A DNA stretch of 63,783 nt, the filler included, from Stramenopiles sp. TOSAG23-2 (lineage: Eukaryota), in the NCBI GenBank assembly GCA_900128395.1. It is 31 parts of 31 records of this genome, joined end to end, with 100 filler letters (N's around TTAATTAATTAA, not from the genome) between each part and the next. Parts side by side here need not be neighbours in the genome. Positions count along the whole stretch, not along the records: positions 12,444 to 14,413 come from LT652160.1; positions 14,514 to 16,482 come from LT652161.1; positions 16,583 to 18,551 come from LT652162.1; positions 18,652 to 20,619 come from LT652163.1; positions 20,720 to 22,685 come from LT652164.1; positions 22,786 to 24,750 come from LT652165.1; positions 24,851 to 26,813 come from LT652166.1; 24 more parts are not named here. One strand, 5' to 3'. The translations under genes were made by a program, and so were the position numbers. Each line of letters begins with the position of its first letter. Positions within the stretch are counted from its first letter, which is position 1. Below are positions 12,984-24,940 of the stretch, in pieces. Under the pieces are notes generated by a model, which made no database searches, had not been told where the DNA came from, and worked only from the letters and a program-made list of their open reading frames with translations.

Positions 12984-14095
12984 TTACAATTCGTTCTTGT
13001 TTGATTTCAGTAATGGTAAAGTTAATAACATTTTTTCACATCGCTTATATTGATTTAAACTATCTTTAAATTTTTTTGGTATTGCATTGATGCCGTGATA
13101 TGCACCAAGTACTAAACCAATATTTGTACCACGAGAGGCATTATCACCTCCAACCATGGCATTAGCTGTTATTGCTGCCATAAAATCATCTTCATACTTT
13201 AAGATAATATACACACTCCCTGGCAATACACCTTCAGTAGGAGATGCCTTGCCAACCCTGATTGGCTCTGATTTTCCAACTTCCCAAAGTCGTGCCATTG
13301 ATGTAATTGCTAGATCATCAACAAATTCTTCTTTAAACAATTGTGAATTCATATCTGTTGCTTCCTCAAATTTAGCAATTGCAGTAGCCACCATTTTTTG
13401 CAACCAATTCGGTGATTCTTTTGTTACTGAATCAATAGATTGTCTTGGTGTCAAGTTTTTGTGAAGGATACGATGTGCAACTTTTGCAAAAAATTTAGCG
13501 CCACCTAACGCCTCCTCATTTTTATGCGTAAACATAAAACGCAAGGCTGCATCAACAATTTGCTCTTTGAACGCATAGACATTGCATTTGAGAACCCTCC
13601 AAGATTATTATGAGGCATACCTTGCCTTACTTGTTGTAATGTTGTTCTTGTCATTGTACAAACCCATGCACCCCAGTTAGTCGTAACTCTCTCTTCCCAC
13701 ATCGGTATCAATTCATGAAGATCAACAGGTGCTGTTTTTACAGCATCATCCCTACTTGATAAATACTCTAACGTCAACACATTATACAAGCCATAATCTG
13801 TTTGGTCTCCTGCTTTCATACCAGGATGATAATTACGTCGTCCCCAACCAACACCGTGTGTGCTGCCATTCATTTTTTCACCAGGTCCATATAATTTATC
13901 AATTACTTTGTTCCCATATGCTTGTTTAATCGTTTCTGCTGAATATTCATAGTGAGAACCAAGACAAAGACTGTCAGAAATCAGCGTTCCAAAATATGCG
14001 CCCTTAATTCGTTCTTCCAATTTATTATTTGCATGTACAGTAGCAGTAAAAAATAAAATAGTCCATGTTACGGATAAAAATAGTATTTGGTTCAT
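12984..14095 (-). CDS. Secreted ADP-ribosylglycohydrolase (ARH/DraG/crystallin-J1 family), frameshifted near 13570
   Basis: Signal peptide; RIKGAYFGTLISDSL, GDQTDYG, ANAMVGGDNASRG, GAYHGINAIP motifs; frame changes at ...MSMRS / KEQIVDAALRFMF. Confidence 0.8.
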
Positions 14096-14762
14096 GATAA
14101 CTTTAAAATTGTATTAAAAGTGATTTATGTGTTACTCTTATTAAAAGTAGGATAAGTAATCGAATAAATAATGAATTATTTTTCTGTGAAAGATTTTCAT
14201 GGTCAGTACCTATTTTCTTGAAATTTGTTTTTATATCTCATTTGTTCGATCGAATTTTTAGCGGCATGTGAAAAGTAATTCAACAAGTAATGTACATATG
14301 TACATAATTAGAATAATGAAAAAGCTTCTTCAAACCCACTAGAGCAACACCAGGTACATATCATTAGAAATCGCATATTTTTCATCCAATTTCATCATTT
14401 TCAACATTTTCAANNNNNNNNNNNNNNNNNNNNNNNNNNNNNNNNNNNNNNNNNNNNTTAATTAATTAANNNNNNNNNNNNNNNNNNNNNNNNNNNNNNN
14501 NNNNNNNNNNNNNTTCCAGGATTTCCTATAGATTTCACCTCCGATTTATTACTACAACAGCAGACGACAGATCAGAACATAAAAATGAATGAACATTCAT
14601 GATGATTATGATAGAAATACATCATTATAGATAGTATCTACAGATACAGAAGATATATGAATATATAAATCAGGTGTATATAATAATATATAAGACGTAC
14701 ATATAGTATACAGACATATATATATATATATACACATACGCACCCACCCACACCTACTAATC

Positions 14763-16115
14763 ATGGCAGCAGTCGTATCATCTGACGTAAATATTACTAC
14801 ATTATCACAATTTTTTATTTTATCACCACGTGGCGATACTATTATTAAACGTGAATATAGACATGATGTGCCACAAAATTCACCAGAAATATTTTTCCGT
14901 AAAATAAAATGTTGGGAAGGTGATCCACCACCATGCTTTAAAGAAAACGATGTGAATTATTTGTTTATCAAGCAAAATGGTTTGTGCATTGTTTGTACGA
15001 CAGTATTTAATGTTAGCCCATCCTTTATTTTGGAATTATTAATACGCATTGGGAATGTTATTAAAGATTATTGTGGTGTATTAAATGAGGAAGCAATACG
15101 TAAAAATTTTATTTTAGTATATGAATTGCTAGATGAAATGCTTGATTATGGATACCCACAATGCACATCAACGGAAGGTTTGAAAAATTATATACACAAT
15201 GAACCAATACAAGTTGCAAAAGTACAAAGTACAAAACGAAGTGGCTTATCAAAATCCAAAACAAAACATAGTAGTGCCGTGCATAAGCCTATCTCGGTAT
15301 CTAGAAAACGTGATAAAAATCATCGTAATGAAATATTTGTTGATATATTAGAACGTTTAACTGTAACATTTAATAGCACAGGGTATATAATTGCATCTGA
15401 AATTGATGGGTGTATACAAATGAAAAGTTATTTAAGTGGTAATCCACAATTACGCTTGGCATTAAATGAAGATTTACAAATTGGGAAAGGGAAAGATAAT
15501 TATGGTAGTGTCGTTTTAGACGATGCAAATTTTCATCCATGTGCTGATTTAAGTGAATTCGATTCGACAAGGATGTTATTGATCAGTCCCCCAGAAGGTG
15601 AATTTGTAGTGATGAATTATCGTTTAAGCGGTGAATTCCATGCACCATTCCGTGTATTTCCATTTGTTGAAGAAACTTCTCAATTTCAATTGGAAATGGT
15701 TGTCAAAGTACGTGCAGATATTGATAAGAAAAATCATGGTTCAAATGTAGTTGTGAAATTTCATGTGCCAAAATCCTCAGGCACCGTGTCATTAAATTTA
15801 GATAAAAGTAAAGATGGAGAAATGAAAAATCAAATGGCAGAGTATAAAGAGAAAGATAAAGAAGTGACATGGACGATTAAAAAATTTCAAGGTCAAAGTG
15901 AACATACCCTTGTAACTAGGATTACATTAACGTCAGCAAGTACCAGCACTACTAGGAAAGAACTTGGTCCTATACGTTTAAATTTTGAAGTACCAATGTA
16001 CAATGCAAGTCATTTACAAGTGAGGTATTTACGTATAAATGCAGATTCGAAATATAAATCATTTAAATGGGTACGTTATGTAACACAAGCAGCAAGTTAT
16101 GTATGCCGGGTTTAA
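14763..16115 (+). CDS. AP4M1: AP-4 complex subunit mu
   Basis: SQFFILSPRGDTII, NFILVYELLDEMLDYGYPQ, NEIFVDILERL, IQMKSYLSGNPQLRLALNEDL, KWVRYVTQ; complete 450 aa. Confidence 0.92.
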   Translation: MAAVVSSDVNITTLSQFFILSPRGDTIIKREYRHDVPQNSPEIFFRKIKCWEGDPPPCFKENDVNYLFIKQNGLCIVCTTVFNVSPSFILELLIRIGNVIKDYCGVLNEEAIRKNFILVYELLDEMLDYGYPQCTSTEGLKNYIHNEPIQVAKVQSTKRSGLSKSKTKHSSAVHKPISVSRKRDKNHRNEIFVDILERLTVTFNSTGYIIASEIDGCIQMKSYLSGNPQLRLALNEDLQIGKGKDNYGSVVLDDANFHPCADLSEFDSTRMLLISPPEGEFVVMNYRLSGEFHAPFRVFPFVEETSQFQLEMVVKVRADIDKKNHGSNVVVKFHVPKSSGTVSLNLDKSKDGEMKNQMAEYKEKDKEVTWTIKKFQGQSEHTLVTRITLTSASTSTTRKELGPIRLNFEVPMYNASHLQVRYLRINADSKYKSFKWVRYVTQAASYVCRV

Positions 16116-16910
16116 ATTTATTTTATTTACGAATATATATTATATCCCTTCTCTATGAATTTGTGTGTGTGTGTGTATTGTGTTGTATTTATATGATATT
16201 TATTTTGAATTCTTTGTTCTTTTTATATCTCCTGTGTATATAAATGTATAGATATATATATAGAAATTACTTGTTGTCCTCTTGTAGTTCTTATAACAGT
16301 AATAATGTATTTTGTACAAAAAGTATACGCGTGCAACGTTTTTTCTCAACAAAATAATAACTGACGACTATATTATGCACCTTAAAGCACCTTATTGTCG
16401 TATTTATTTTTTGCTCAGAAGAGTCGTTGTAGAAATAGCATATAAATACCATTAAAAATTATGTAAAACTAGGTACTATTTCNNNNNNNNNNNNNNNNNN
16501 NNNNNNNNNNNNNNNNNNNNNNNNNNTTAATTAATTAANNNNNNNNNNNNNNNNNNNNNNNNNNNNNNNNNNNNNNNNNNNNTTTTAATGCTGTTCCCCT
16601 ATATGCAAAATGGATCCTTTGATCTTTTGTGCTGTCATATATATTATATATTATTTTATTCTCTTTTCAAATCCTCTCTCTATGAGATGTGTGTATTTTA
16701 TAAAAAAATATATTTTTCTCGTGGTGGTTTTCTCTCTTTTCTATGTTATGCATATTTTTTTATTTTTACAAATGACTTCTTTGACTAGTACCAGTCTCTT
16801 GAATCAATAATTTCATTTCAGTTGAATATGTTTTAAAGAAATCTTCCATACCATCTAAAAATTGTGCATAATGCTTATCCTTTAAATACATAGTGCATAT
16901 TTTTTTATTT

Positions 16911-18287
16911 TTACAAATGACTTCTTTGACTAGTACCAGTCTCTTGAATCAATAATTTCATTTCAGTTGAATATGTTTTAAAGAAATCTTCCATACCATC
17001 TAAAAATTGTGCATAATGCTTATCCTTTAAATACATAGGTAATGTTAAATAATTCAGCTTTGGTGAACCAGCCAAGATGTTTTTTTCCACAAACATATAA
17101 TACCAAAATAATGTGGGCATATGAAACACAGCTGGATGAATCACTTGATTTAATTGTCCATTTCCATCAATTATGTTTTGATTTTGCCATACTAATGATA
17201 TTAAACTTCCAGTACCTACCGCATGAACAGGTGATCCATATTTCTTCGACAAACTATTAATTTTTCCTTTAAACCATTCACCACGTTGATTATGTTTTAA
17301 GCAATTTTCACTTGTCCATATTTTTGTTACCACTGCAGCAGCTGCAGCCATTGACAATGCATTTTGATTGAACATTCCGCCAGATGCAATGGATTTTTTA
17401 TGATTGGGATTATGTCTTGCCATCCATCGCTTTTTACCACCAAAACAAGCAAATGGAAACCCACCACCAAGGTATTTTCCCATTGTTGTCATATCTGGGT
17501 ATACACCAACTAAATCTTGCGCACCACCAGGCGATAAACGGGATGTCATAACTTCATCAAATATCAAACATACATCAAATTTAGTACATTGATCACGAAT
17601 TGCTTGTAAATATTCTTTTGGGGCAACTCGTTTAATATACATAAATGGATTGATCAATACAGGTTCTAAAATAAAACATGCTAATTCATTGGCATTGTCT
17701 TCAATTGCTTTTAAAATCGTATCTAAATCCCCACAATCGACTAAAATCTTATCATATGGAATTTCCATTTCCATATCGACATTCGATGCACCATGTATAT
17801 ATCCTCCATGATAGGAACCATGATACATCATAACTTTTTGTTTGCCACTGACTGCTCTTGCTGTATTAATTGCATATGTATTTGCTTCTGTACCAGTCAT
17901 TGCAAACTTCAATTCTTCAATGGAAGTATGAAATCTACTACTGATTTCCTTTGCAACAATAGCTTCGTATTTATTATTAGCGCCGCCAAGAGCATGGCCG
18001 TTTTCCATACATTCTACAACGGCATCTTTAACCTCTTTTGGTGAAAATCCAAATAAACCAGCGGTCCAGTTGCTGAGAAAATCAACTACAGTTTTCCCAT
18101 CTACTGTTGTTGCATAAACACCTTCTCCACCTGCCCATGTTACAGGAAATGGTTTCCAATATACAGATGAACGATTTGTTCCACCTGCTATACCATTTTT
18201 TACTGCTGTATCATATGCTTCTTTTGATTTTGGATTTTCATGTTTGTATATGTCTTTCAATTTTTGCGTAGCTATATCGATATTCAA
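16911..18287 (-). CDS. Class-III PLP aminotransferase (GSA-aminomutase/beta-transaminase-like), C-terminal SHL; start uncertain
   Basis: GGTNRS..WKPFP, GTEAN, YHGSYHG, LIFDEVMTSRL, DMTTMGKYLGGG (PLP lysine); both ends carry 145-bp tandem duplications. Confidence 0.88.
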   Translation of the reverse strand: MNIDIATQKLKDIYKHENPKSKEAYDTAVKNGIAGGTNRSSVYWKPFPVTWAGGEGVYATTVDGKTVVDFLSNWTAGLFGFSPKEVKDAVVECMENGHALGGANNKYEAIVAKEISSRFHTSIEELKFAMTGTEANTYAINTARAVSGKQKVMMYHGSYHGGYIHGASNVDMEMEIPYDKILVDCGDLDTILKAIEDNANELACFILEPVLINPFMYIKRVAPKEYLQAIRDQCTKFDVCLIFDEVMTSRLSPGGAQDLVGVYPDMTTMGKYLGGGFPFACFGGKKRWMARHNPNHKKSIASGGMFNQNALSMAAAAAVVTKIWTSENCLKHNQRGEWFKGKINSLSKKYGSPVHAVGTGSLISLVWQNQNIIDGNGQLNQVIHPAVFHMPTLFWYYMFVEKNILAGSPKLNYLTLPMYLKDKHYAQFLDGMEDFFKTYSTEMKLLIQETGTSQRSHL

Positions 18288-18651
18288 TTCTACCTTTTTT
18301 AAAGTGCGTCCCTTTCATTGTTATTAGTGTTAAATGGATCGAATTTTCGTTCATTTAAGTGCGTTCTTTTGATTTTGGATTTTCATGTTTGTATATGTCT
18401 TTCAATTTTTGCGTAGCTATATCGATATTCAATTCTACCTTTTTTAAAGTGCGTCCCTTTCATTGTTATTAGTGTTAAATGGATCGAATTTTCGTTCATT
18501 TAAGTGCGTTTCCTTTGCTGTGTTCCTATTAGACCCTTTTGATAGACTCATNNNNNNNNNNNNNNNNNNNNNNNNNNNNNNNNNNNNNNNNNNNNTTAAT
18601 TAATTAANNNNNNNNNNNNNNNNNNNNNNNNNNNNNNNNNNNNNNNNNNNN

Positions 18652-19665
18652 GCACAAATCACATCACCAAGAAGAAGAGAATTGCCAATTGGTAATCATT
18701 CATCCCCACTCAAACGACAACAACAAAGACGTAAAGAATTGAACGAGGATGTTGTCATGAAACCTGCTGTTGGACCTATTGCCATGGGCATTGATACTGT
18801 GCCAAAAGAAGTTTTAGAAAAAACAAATGCATTAGCAAAACGTTCAAGTGAGCGATATTCACCAGGTAGCACAGTGAAACGAAAAGGGCATGTAAACAGG
18901 AGACATCCAAGTGGACGTGCATATAACAACATTGGTAAATTGCCAGAATCTCCAAATAAAATAAATGGACCAGAAAGCCCAAATAAAATTCATGGACCGG
19001 ATAAACCTGGCTATGTGAAAGGCATGAATACAAGTCATGGCAGTAGTTACAGTACGTACATGGCTAGGAGGAACGATGGTGGTCGTTACTTTCAAAGATC
19101 TGATATTTCTAAAGATCCTGTATTAAATTGTAAAGATCCTGAGCATCCACATCCACATCATGATGTACCAACTATTGAAGATCGTGCAGTACAATCATTG
19201 CATCGTAAGCGTAATCAATGGGGTGCACCATTTCATAAAAGTACATTAGATCGCGAAGCTGCAGTACACAATCGCCACGGCCGATTGAAAGTCGTTAAAG
19301 ATATTCCAAAAGAATTACTAGATGCTACAAATGCAGCATTATTAGACGATGCATCTGTAGATGATTTAAATAACATGAGTACAGGTAGCATGGGTGCAAC
19401 ATATGAAGCAAAAAATTTATATAATAATTTTCGTGGACGTACACCAGAATTTACACAAAAATTTGGATCAAAACATTGGAAATCTGAATATGCTGCTCAA
19501 AGTGTTGCTGCACGCAATCAATTGACAGAAACAAGACAATTAGAATTATTATCCACTGAAAATGATGTTTTAAGACGATCAAATAGAATGTTACGAGAAC
19601 GTTTACAATCTGGTGTTAGAATTGATATGTTTGATGCCAAAGGTAATTACAAAAGGAAAGTGTAA
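18652..19665 (+). CDS. Hypothetical, largely disordered protein (5' truncated)
   Basis: Long ORF open from the contig edge, internal PESPNKI repeat, C-terminal coiled coil. Confidence 0.65.
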   Translation, partial: AQITSPRRRELPIGNHSSPLKRQQQRRKELNEDVVMKPAVGPIAMGIDTVPKEVLEKTNALAKRSSERYSPGSTVKRKGHVNRRHPSGRAYNNIGKLPESPNKINGPESPNKIHGPDKPGYVKGMNTSHGSSYSTYMARRNDGGRYFQRSDISKDPVLNCKDPEHPHPHHDVPTIEDRAVQSLHRKRNQWGAPFHKSTLDREAAVHNRHGRLKVVKDIPKELLDATNAALLDDASVDDLNNMSTGSMGATYEAKNLYNNFRGRTPEFTQKFGSKHWKSEYAAQSVAARNQLTETRQLELLSTENDVLRRSNRMLRERLQSGVRIDMFDAKGNYKRKV

Positions 19666-19951
19666 AAAATTTCATTTAAAAATAAAAAATAATACGAAAT
19701 ATTTTATATTATTTAATTAAAATATTCGTAAAAAAATAAAGAGAAAATAAAATGCCATGATCTGATTGATGTGTAGCAAAATTATATATTTTTTGCGAGA
19801 AGAAATCGTAATAAAAATAAATAATTATATTATAAATATCTCACACACCACCACACTTTTATTTACACGCGCTGCTGCACATATTTTATATTTCTCCTCC
19901 TTTCTTGAAAATTAAAAACACATTCACAAATCTAATCAACATTATATACTT

Positions 19952-20619
19952 TTAACTAACAATAATCTTCTCATTAATTTCGATATTTTTCCAATACACT
20001 TCATGATTATAACCTGGTGAACATGTATCTCCGAATTTCGGTTGATCGACTCCTACAATTTCTTTCCATTTACCACCAATTAAAGATTTCATCAATTTAT
20101 CATTGTCTGTCCCTTCCGAATAATCACCTCGAATCATAACAAGTTTCCCTCTTGTAATTGGATCGATTACATATGAAACTGCTGCTAAAAATACAGTAAA
20201 ATATGCTGGTGGTTGCCATAATATACAACGACCCAAACGTTCGCAATAATGTGAAGCAAGAATTTCAATAGTTTTTTTCGTTACAGATATAGACGGTGCA
20301 TTGAATAATGAAAAATTTTCTAAATGTATAAATACAACATGTTTCTCCACCGGTGATATCATTGATTTAATTGACAATTCCATATTGAACATTAAAAATC
20401 GCATTTGTTCAACTGGATCATTTGTATTTTCAACAGTATTGTCTAAAACAACCACTGGTCGACCATGTCGATCAAATCCACCAATTCTTGTTTTTCCAGT
20501 CAAAGCTTCTTTTTCAATTTGACCTGGTGTTATCAAAAATGGCTTATCTTCTAACAAATATTTTAGATTTGTTTCTGCCAGTTTTAAAGATTTATTTACA
20601 TCAAACTTACGAGCTCTTA
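19952..20619 (-). CDS. CRAL-TRIO/Sec14 lipid-binding protein (5' truncated)
   Basis: LRARKFDV, GFDRHGRPVV, HYCERLG, IDPITRGKL motifs. Confidence 0.88.
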
Positions 20620-20786
20620 NNNNNNNNNNNNNNNNNNNNNNNNNNNNNNNNNNNNNNNNNNNNTTAATTAATTAANNNNNNNNNNNNNNNNNNNNNNNNN
20701 NNNNNNNNNNNNNNNNNNNATATATATAGTTTTCATTATAAATTGTTGTAATAAAATTATTTTTTTTTTTTGTTGTTGTTGTTGTT

Positions 20787-22488
20787 CGAAGAAAAAATTC
20801 TTCAATAAAAAAAAAAAAAACAAAACAAAAAAAAACAAAAAAACCTTAACCTCAAATCGGATTATTATAGTTAAGAATAGGGTAATATTATATCATTAGC
20901 AATGGCCCATACACACAGGCCTATAATATTCACTCTCTGATGAAATTAAAATTTGAGGAGGTGGACGATTATTAATTTTGTGTATTTGCAACGATGATAA
21001 CACTATTCAGCATTAGTCTCATGCAAATAGGCTGGATTAAATAGAAAAGCCATTCCGTATAACAATACACAAAGAAATATTTGTAATGGATGATTGTAGA
21101 ATATTTGAATATAATAAATCATTAAAATTTAATTTTTGAAATTTTTATGCAAAAATCTTATACAAGACACCTACAAAAGCTACCCAAATAAATGCTTTAG
21201 ACCAAGTTGGCCAAATGAATGGTGGTGGTGTTCCACACTTCAAGGCCTCAATGAGTGGTGCGATCTCATCCGCATAGTAACGATACTTGAACCGCAAAGA
21301 AATCCACCATACGAAGGAAGGGATTTTTTCCTGAATCATAAATTTTTCACGAAATTTTCTCTCTCCCATACAATAGATAAAAGCACCAAGATCAGATTTT
21401 GCTGATTTAGCAAGAACTTCTTGCACTTTGACTGCCATTTCCTCAGGCGTAAAATAAGCAAGACTCAGCGGAAGACCCACCTATATATGAAGCGTTGGAC
21501 ATATGAATATATGATACGGGTTAGAGAAGATTTCTATTAATATGGAGATATACCGATTTTTACTTACCTCTTCTTCTTCCAAAAGATGGGGAAGCATAAA
21601 TTTTTCATATCGATTCCATATCCGTCTAAGGGTTGATACCAATTCGTTTCGACTAATGGGCAATTTTCTGTTGCTAACATCCTCGTCAATTTCATTTATT
21701 ATTTCAACAAGGCCAGCATGATCAGTCTCTAACTTTTCAGGATATTTAATACGTGTGCGAAAATACGGATTAAAAATCTCATCTTCCGTTTCATGATGAG
21801 ACGTGACGTGCTCTTTGTGTGCTGTCCACCATTTTTTGATTGCATCGAGCTCCCATTCCTTAAGATCTTTTGACCCAAGTTTAATAGAGTTTATTTCAAT
21901 TTTGTCAAGAGCGCCTTTAAAATCTTTTATTTCCATACGAAGGGCATTATGCGAGTGTACCCAACCATCTTCTGCCATTGGATGTCCATATAATTTCGCT
22001 TTATCTGGTGGAAAATTAATCGCATCCACGGCCCATTTTGGATTGGTTGGATTAAATTTTTTTTTTAAATCTTCTGTTGCTGATGTCATGTTGTTGTTGC
22101 TGTTCTTGTTATTCATATATATATGTATATATGGTTGTTAAGTTTCTTTACTCTTTACCAGGTATATGTGTTTGCAACCTGGCAACCAAAGATTCAAAGT
22201 TTTTTTTAATTTAGTACAAAAAAATATCATATAAACCGAAGAAAAAATTCATAAATTCTTCCAAAAAAAAAAAACAAAAAAACAAAACACAAAATAAAAA
22301 AACAAAAAAACCTTAACCTCCAATCGGATTATTATAGTTAAGAATAGGGTAATATTATATCAGCAATAACATACACACAGGCCTATAATATTCACTCTCT
22401 GATGAAATTAAAATTTGAGGTTGGACGATTAATTTTGTGTATTTTAATATTTGCAACGATGATACAATAAGCACATAACACTATTCAG
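20787..22488 (+). repeat. Imperfect ~220-250-bp direct repeats (20787..21010 and 22237..22488) flanking the hemerythrin gene
   Basis: Shared ccttaacctc.aatcggattattatagttaagaatagggtaatattata and catacacacaggcctataatattcactctctgatgaaattaaaatttgagg. Confidence 0.85.
21145..22116 (-). CDS. Hemerythrin-like (HHE) protein with C-terminal TM; exons 22116..21568 and 21480..21145
   Basis: HSHNALR...HVTSHHETEDEIF...DH...HLLEEEE metal-ligand pattern; an 87-nt GTAAGT..TAG intron (21567..21481) joins EEEE/VGLPL in frame. Confidence 0.82.
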
Positions 22489-22870
22489 TATAGTATAAAC
22501 CACCACCACCACAGTTCCTTATAGCACCTTAGTAACTTATATATGTATATATATTGCAACTATTCAAAAAAATACAAAAATATATATAAATTTATAATAA
22601 GGCCTATATTCGAATAGACTTTTGAGCGAGAAATACAACACACATCAATGCGGCAATCCTTACGGGAAAAATAAAAATAGAACAANNNNNNNNNNNNNNN
22701 NNNNNNNNNNNNNNNNNNNNNNNNNNNNNTTAATTAATTAANNNNNNNNNNNNNNNNNNNNNNNNNNNNNNNNNNNNNNNNNNNNAATTGTAATAATATA
22801 AAAATAATAATTTTATATTTAAAAGAACATATCACGATCATAAAATCAAAAAATAATTACGAAATACAGT

Positions 22871-24425
22871 ATGGCATCAATCACTAACACAACTACTACT
22901 GGCGGCGGACAATCTTCCTCATCCTGTTCTTCTTCCTCTTCCTCATTCCCTGGAAAAAATTGGAAAATTCATCAGGTAATACCACAGTTAAAAAAAACAA
23001 CATTATTAAAACTTGGACATAGTGATGTAGTGTGTACTATTGATATAATATGCAAGATAATACAAAACGATTGGATTGTGAATTTTTGCGGGAAACGCTG
23101 ATATTAATAATAACAGATCAAACTATGAAAAGCAAGATTGTACGAACGTTCGTAAAGAACAAAAATTAAATAACTATGATGATAATGATAACAAGACGAA
23201 TAATAATTACACGAGCAACAATTGCAAGCAGCGTACGTGGACCGTTTTAGATCTATGCAGTGGTAAGGGATTTTTTGCAACACTTTTATCCGCAGTGATG
23301 TCATATCATATAAATAATCATCCCGATGATGATAAAAATAACGGTAGTAGTAACAACAATATTGTCAACAAAATAATCATGGTTGATAATGATTTGAATA
23401 TTAATTGGAACCATATTGACTTGCTAAATTCAACTTCATCAATAAAAACTAGTATAGAAACACATAGACTATGCTTGTATTCAAAAGAATTCGATGTTTT
23501 AATTAATTCATTGCTTGATAATAATGTCTTCGTTATCGGTACACATTTATGTAAACGATTGTCTGCACGGGCTGTTGAAGTATACAACGCATTGTGCAAT
23601 AATAATAAATATAACAATAGAAATAATATTGATAATAAGAACAGCATAAAACAATTATCCACTTCATCAATGGCATTCCTTTTAGCACCTTGCTGTTTAC
23701 CAGTATTTAGAGGTATTTGTTATATTCAAGGTTGCAATAGTGTTGATGATGATTCGGGGATTTATCCTCTGGTGAATGAAATAAAGAGACTTGAAAGTGA
23801 GATTGTTCAATTACCAGGGTTGAAGTTTCAAAGTATAGGTGAGAATTTATTATATCTTCATGTATGTTGGCTATTACTTGATGCAGAAAATAATGATGTC
23901 AAAATTAAATTGTCAAGTATTGCAGAACAATGTAGCGTATCTTTAAAAGCCGTGAAACGTGTAGCATATAAAGGATTGAAAAAAGGTGAATTGAACGTAA
24001 AGAATGGTTGTTGGTCAATTAAGTCAGATATACCATCGTTATCAACATGTAATGATTCAAGTGGAAGCAAAGGCAAATATGCTAGAATGAAAGCAAACTT
24101 CTTTGCAAATCATAGAATAAATGTCTCAAAAAAATCTGGCACTAGTACTAACACTACTGCTGATGTTGTTGCTGCTGCTAATATACAATTATATACTCAA
24201 AATGAAAATACATTATCAATTGATTTATTTAATCTAGGTATAATTGGGAAAAAGCGACCTTTTTTAAATTGGGTCCAGTGTTTAGCAAAAGCAATCAACA
24301 CTGAAATTAATTCAAATTGCGTGGAAATTATAGATGCAACTTTGTTTGGAAAACATCAAAATGAACAATTATTAAATGGAAATTTACAAGGAGAACGAAG
24401 GAGTTCATGGATAATATGTAGTTAG
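22871..24425 (+). CDS. SAM-dependent methyltransferase-like protein, frameshifted or with a deletion near 23080
   Basis: The frame of ORF 23295 is open back to ~23082 and contains motif I WTVLDLCSGKGFF; also IGTHLCKRLS and LAPCCLP. Upstream ORF 22871 is in another frame. Confidence 0.65.
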
Positions 24426-24940
24426 CTGGTTAGCCATCAGGTTAGATGCAAGATGGAAACATTATTGAAACTAGAGAGGATCGTCTAAAATTGAAACGAG
24501 AGAATTGAAATTTACAACAATTATTTGTCGTTAAAAACCTTAAATTTGTTTTTAAGGAGATTGAAATTGTACAAGCTCTGCCGGATTTGCTGTTATCCGT
24601 CATTTTGTGCGATGTTTGTGGCAGTATGGACACAGCAAATCTTACTTTAGAACAAATTTCCGCTTTTGTTATTTCGAGATGATGTGTTGTGTGTTGTTAT
24701 ATTTCATTATTTACATAAGGCAATTTCACTTAAATATTAACTCTACGTCTNNNNNNNNNNNNNNNNNNNNNNNNNNNNNNNNNNNNNNNNNNNNTTAATT
24801 AATTAANNNNNNNNNNNNNNNNNNNNNNNNNNNNNNNNNNNNNNNNNNNNCAAGTTGTTAAATAAAATAGAAAGGAAATAACGATTTAGTAGTATATATA
24901 TATATTTTATTGGAAATATCGTTTTTTTGTAATATTCCCG

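Noticed and set aside
23079-23101. TGA codons in the methyltransferase 5' region as selenocysteine
   Set aside because: TAA stops lie close by in both frames and there is no redox motif.
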